64,000 bases of DNA from contig NC_057733.1 in NCBI RefSeq assembly GCF_004010195.1, positions 30,449,938 to 30,513,937 of the forward strand, read 5' to 3'. This document shows, piece after piece, positions 63,555 to 64,000 of the stretch. The number at the start of each line of letters is the position of its first letter. Positions within the stretch are counted from its first letter, which is position 1. The notes under the pieces are model-generated. The model was not told the origin of the DNA, ran no database searches, and saw only the letters and a list, made by a program, of their open reading frames with translations. Both the position numbers and the translations under genes were made by a program. Source of the stretch: Chiloscyllium plagiosum. Its lineage: Eukaryota.

Positions 63555-63752
63555 GTCCTCACTTCACCCTCTCTTGGTGTTGCTGACTGCCTGTTTCTTG
63601 TCCCCACCTCACCCTCTCCTGTCGGTAATGCTGGCTGTCCGTCTCTAATCCTCAACTCACCCTCTCCTCTGGGTGATGCTAGTCCTCACATCACCCTCTC
63701 CTATCGGTTTTACTGACTGTCTGTCCCTAGTCCTCACCTCCCCCTCTCTTCT
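63555..63752. repeat. Degenerate minisatellite with a unit of about 50 bp, about 4.5 copies
   Basis: Recurring TCCTCAC.TCACCCTCTC...GCTGACTG.CTG. Confidence 0.75.
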
Positions 63753-64000
63753 CAGTGAATGATTGGCTTTCTCTAGAGCATCATTGCTGAGATTTATTTC
63801 TGAAAGGACTGTACTATGAATGATGTACGGCTTCTTATTGTGTGTGATCTGCATCTCCACCTGTCTTAGCAAATTTATCATTTCTGCACTGTTTATTGGA
63901 GCTCAAGCCAATGTCTCTGTAGCTGCTTCTGCTATGTGTGACCTGTTTTACAGGACAGTTGCTCTCGGTTTCATTGAATTGATGATCCAGATTGCCCTGT

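Noticed and set aside
62147-63655. ORFs of 502 aa and 274 aa
   Set aside because: Mostly X from the N gap; the real residues are Tx1 fragments or antisense

Overview
Eukaryotic, repeat-rich vertebrate DNA, almost certainly a cartilaginous fish (shark), judged from HE1/V-SINEs, CR1/HER1-type LINEs, Penelope-like elements and Tx1 LINEs. The window lies inside one + strand gene. Five small coding exons (2655-2715, 8346-8399, 26980-27112, 32327-32366, 42583-42650) splice in frame to [118 protein letters not shown](S). This is the end of the RRM plus the C-terminal Tyr/Ala-rich domain of an RBFOX splicing factor, and it best matches RBFOX3/NeuN. The upstream RRM exons and the last exons were not found in the window. 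The most notable intronic structures are four. (1) About ten Penelope-like insertions carry minimal hammerhead-ribozyme cores, several arranged as inverted repeats with 13-15 bp target duplications. (2) One target site appears to have been hit twice. (3) One 1.7 kb TSD-flanked composite seems to carry captured genomic DNA. (4) One Tx1 is nested inside another and has a 5' inversion. Several speculative unannotated RBFOX exons lie near (U)GCAUG motifs. Most entries in the ORF track are spurious or repeat-derived. Repeat boundaries are approximate and family names come from recognition, not from a database search.
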